This document shows positions 30,434-32,000 of a DNA stretch of 32,000 nucleotides, piece by piece. The notes under the pieces were generated by a model, which was not told the DNA's origin, ran no database searches, and worked only from the letters and a program-made list of their open reading frames with translations. This DNA is from Amoeboradix gromovi X-113. Lineage: Eukaryota; Fungi; Sanchytriomycota. Location: assembly GCA_018985225.1 (NCBI GenBank), contig JADGIF010000015.1, positions 1-32,000 of the forward strand. Reading direction: 5' to 3'. Positions within the stretch are counted from its first letter, which is position 1, and each line of letters opens with the position of its first letter. The position numbers and the translations under genes were made by a program.

Positions 30434-31989
30434 ATGGCATCAGAAGGGAATTCAAAGAACGATTCCAAAATGCAAGACGAAATCAAAAGAACTCAAGAAG
30501 ATTTTGAAATGAAGGATGTACTGGGGGAAGGAAGCTACTCAACCGTCTTTTTGGCTTCCGAAAAGGCTACCGGTAAACAATACGCGATTAAGGTTCTAGA
30601 TAAGCGTCATATTATCAAAGAACGAAAGGTCAAGTATGTTACCATTGAGAAAGACGTGCTAAATATGTGTGATCATCCTTTTATTATAAAACTGTATTAC
30701 ACTTTCCAGGATCAAAACAGTTTGTATTTTTGTCTTGAGCTTTGCCCTGATGATCTTATAAAAGCAATTAAGAAAGGGTCTTTTTCGGTAGAAGCTGTGC
30801 AGTTCTACAGTGCTGAGCTGATTGTTGCTACCAAGTACCTACATAGCCTTGGTATTTTACACCGTGATCTCAAGGTTTTCTTTATTAACTTAGCCTGAAA
30901 ACATACTTTTGTCTGATAAAGGGCACATAAAGCTAACCGATTATGGTACCGCTAAGATACTTGGAAGAAAAGAGGATGAAGCCGAAGTTAAAACCAAATC
31001 CTTCGTTGGAACTGCAGAGTATGTTAGGTATTATTGATTTACGCAGTCCAGAAGTTCTTTCAGAGAAGGAAGCATGCGAAGCGAGTGATTATTGGGCAAT
31101 TGGCTGTATCATGGTACAGATGATAACTCAAAAGCCTCCTTTCAAAGGTCCCAACGATTACCAGACTTTCCAAAAAGTAGCGAAACTGCAATATTCTCTT
31201 CCTCTTGATTTCCCAGATAAGGTGAAGCAGGTGACCTCTAGACTGATAATGCTAGAGCCTGTAAACAGAGCAAATTACAATGACTTGATCGCACTCGATT
31301 TTTACAAAAACACAAATTTCAAAGAATTGCACCTTAGAACCCCACCCTCCTTTTACCCTGTATTAGACTTAGAATCACAAGACACTATTTCTGAAATACC
31401 AGAAGCGCCAAAACGTAAAAATAGAATTTCATTTACTACTACTTCCAGAACTTCAATTAAAAGCAATTCGACTATTAGCATCTCACCAATATCTGAAGCA
31501 GATCCTGGAAAACTACTTTCTCATATATCTGACCAGTCTACACTCTTGGTTTCTGAGTTTTTGAAAGCAAATGAGCAAATTATTAAAATTGGAGTCTTGT
31601 ACAAAAAAAAGGGTCTTGTGCCACGTAAGAGATGGTTTGTACTAACCGATTTGCCTAGATTTATGTATTTCAAAGGTAACGCAATGATCACTAAAATGGA
31701 TTCTAAAAGAACGTCCTCTAAGGGATCGAAAACAAATGTGTCAAAGGAAAGAAGTGATTCTGATGAAAGTGGTGAGATTGAAGAAAAGACAATTGGTGAA
31801 TTAACTTTAAAGGGTCTTATACCCTGGAATGATGAAATTGATGTTGAATGTAAGAACAAGAGTACTTTTCTTGTAGTAACCCCTAAAAGAGAATATCATT
31901 TAATAGATCAAAGTGGAAATGCAGAGACATGGTGTGAGTCTATAAGAACTGTGAAGATGCTGGCCAATCCTAATACGCTTCACAAGTAA
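30434..31989 (+). CDS. PDK1/Pkh1/Ksg1-type AGC kinase with C-terminal PH domain (exons 30434-30874, 30894-31027, 31047-31989)
   Basis: LGEGSYSTV, YAIKVLDKRHIIKERKVKYVTIEK, spliced HRDLKPEN and SFVGTAEYVSPE. PH domain KKKGLVPRKRWFVLTDLPR...LKGLIPW. Confidence 0.96.
30875..30893 (+). other. 19-nt spliceosomal intron 1 (PDK1-like kinase)
   Basis: GTTTTCTTTATTAACTTAG. Removal restores HRDLK|PEN. Confidence 0.96.
31028..31046 (+). other. 19-nt spliceosomal intron 2 (PDK1-like kinase)
   Basis: GTATTATTGATTTACGCAG. Removal restores GTAEYVSPE. Confidence 0.96.
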
Positions 31990-32000
31990 TAATAAATACA

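Noticed and set aside
5124-31859. Many short antisense or overlapping ORFs in the track (e.g. 5705-6124, 15509-15853, 31521-31859)
   Set aside because: They are shadows of well-supported genes on the other strand or frame and carry no motifs.

Overview
Very compact, AT-rich eukaryotic nuclear DNA using the standard genetic code. It looks like an early-diverging fungus or opisthosporidian; a sanchytrid-like parasite is only a guess. About 20 tightly packed genes: F-box/UIM protein, BRF1, TRS65-like, eIF2alpha, EFM4, SNRNP40, MMTAG2-like, MCM3, RPN2, TatD, bL31m, SmB, GPI14, RPT6, a ZIP transporter, an ADAM protease and a PDK1/Pkh kinase, among others. Two features stand out. (1) All seven introns I can infer are tiny: six of 19 nt and one of 21 nt. 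Each has a branch-point-like A fixed at -6 in a fused YTHAYNYAG 3' end. (2) Most of the larger intergenic gaps contain remnants of Fanzor (TnpB-like RNA-guided nuclease) transposons: 12 pieces, about 5.8 kb or 18% of the window, in three families. Family A is IS607-like (TnpA HTH + Fanzor2 C-terminus + structured omegaRNA-like right end; 8 pieces). Family B has ~30-bp GGGAC TIRs and a Fanzor1 C-terminus (3 copies). Family C is one old Fanzor1 pseudogene. No intact Fanzor or transposase gene is in the window. Family assignments come from motif recognition by eye, not from database searches.
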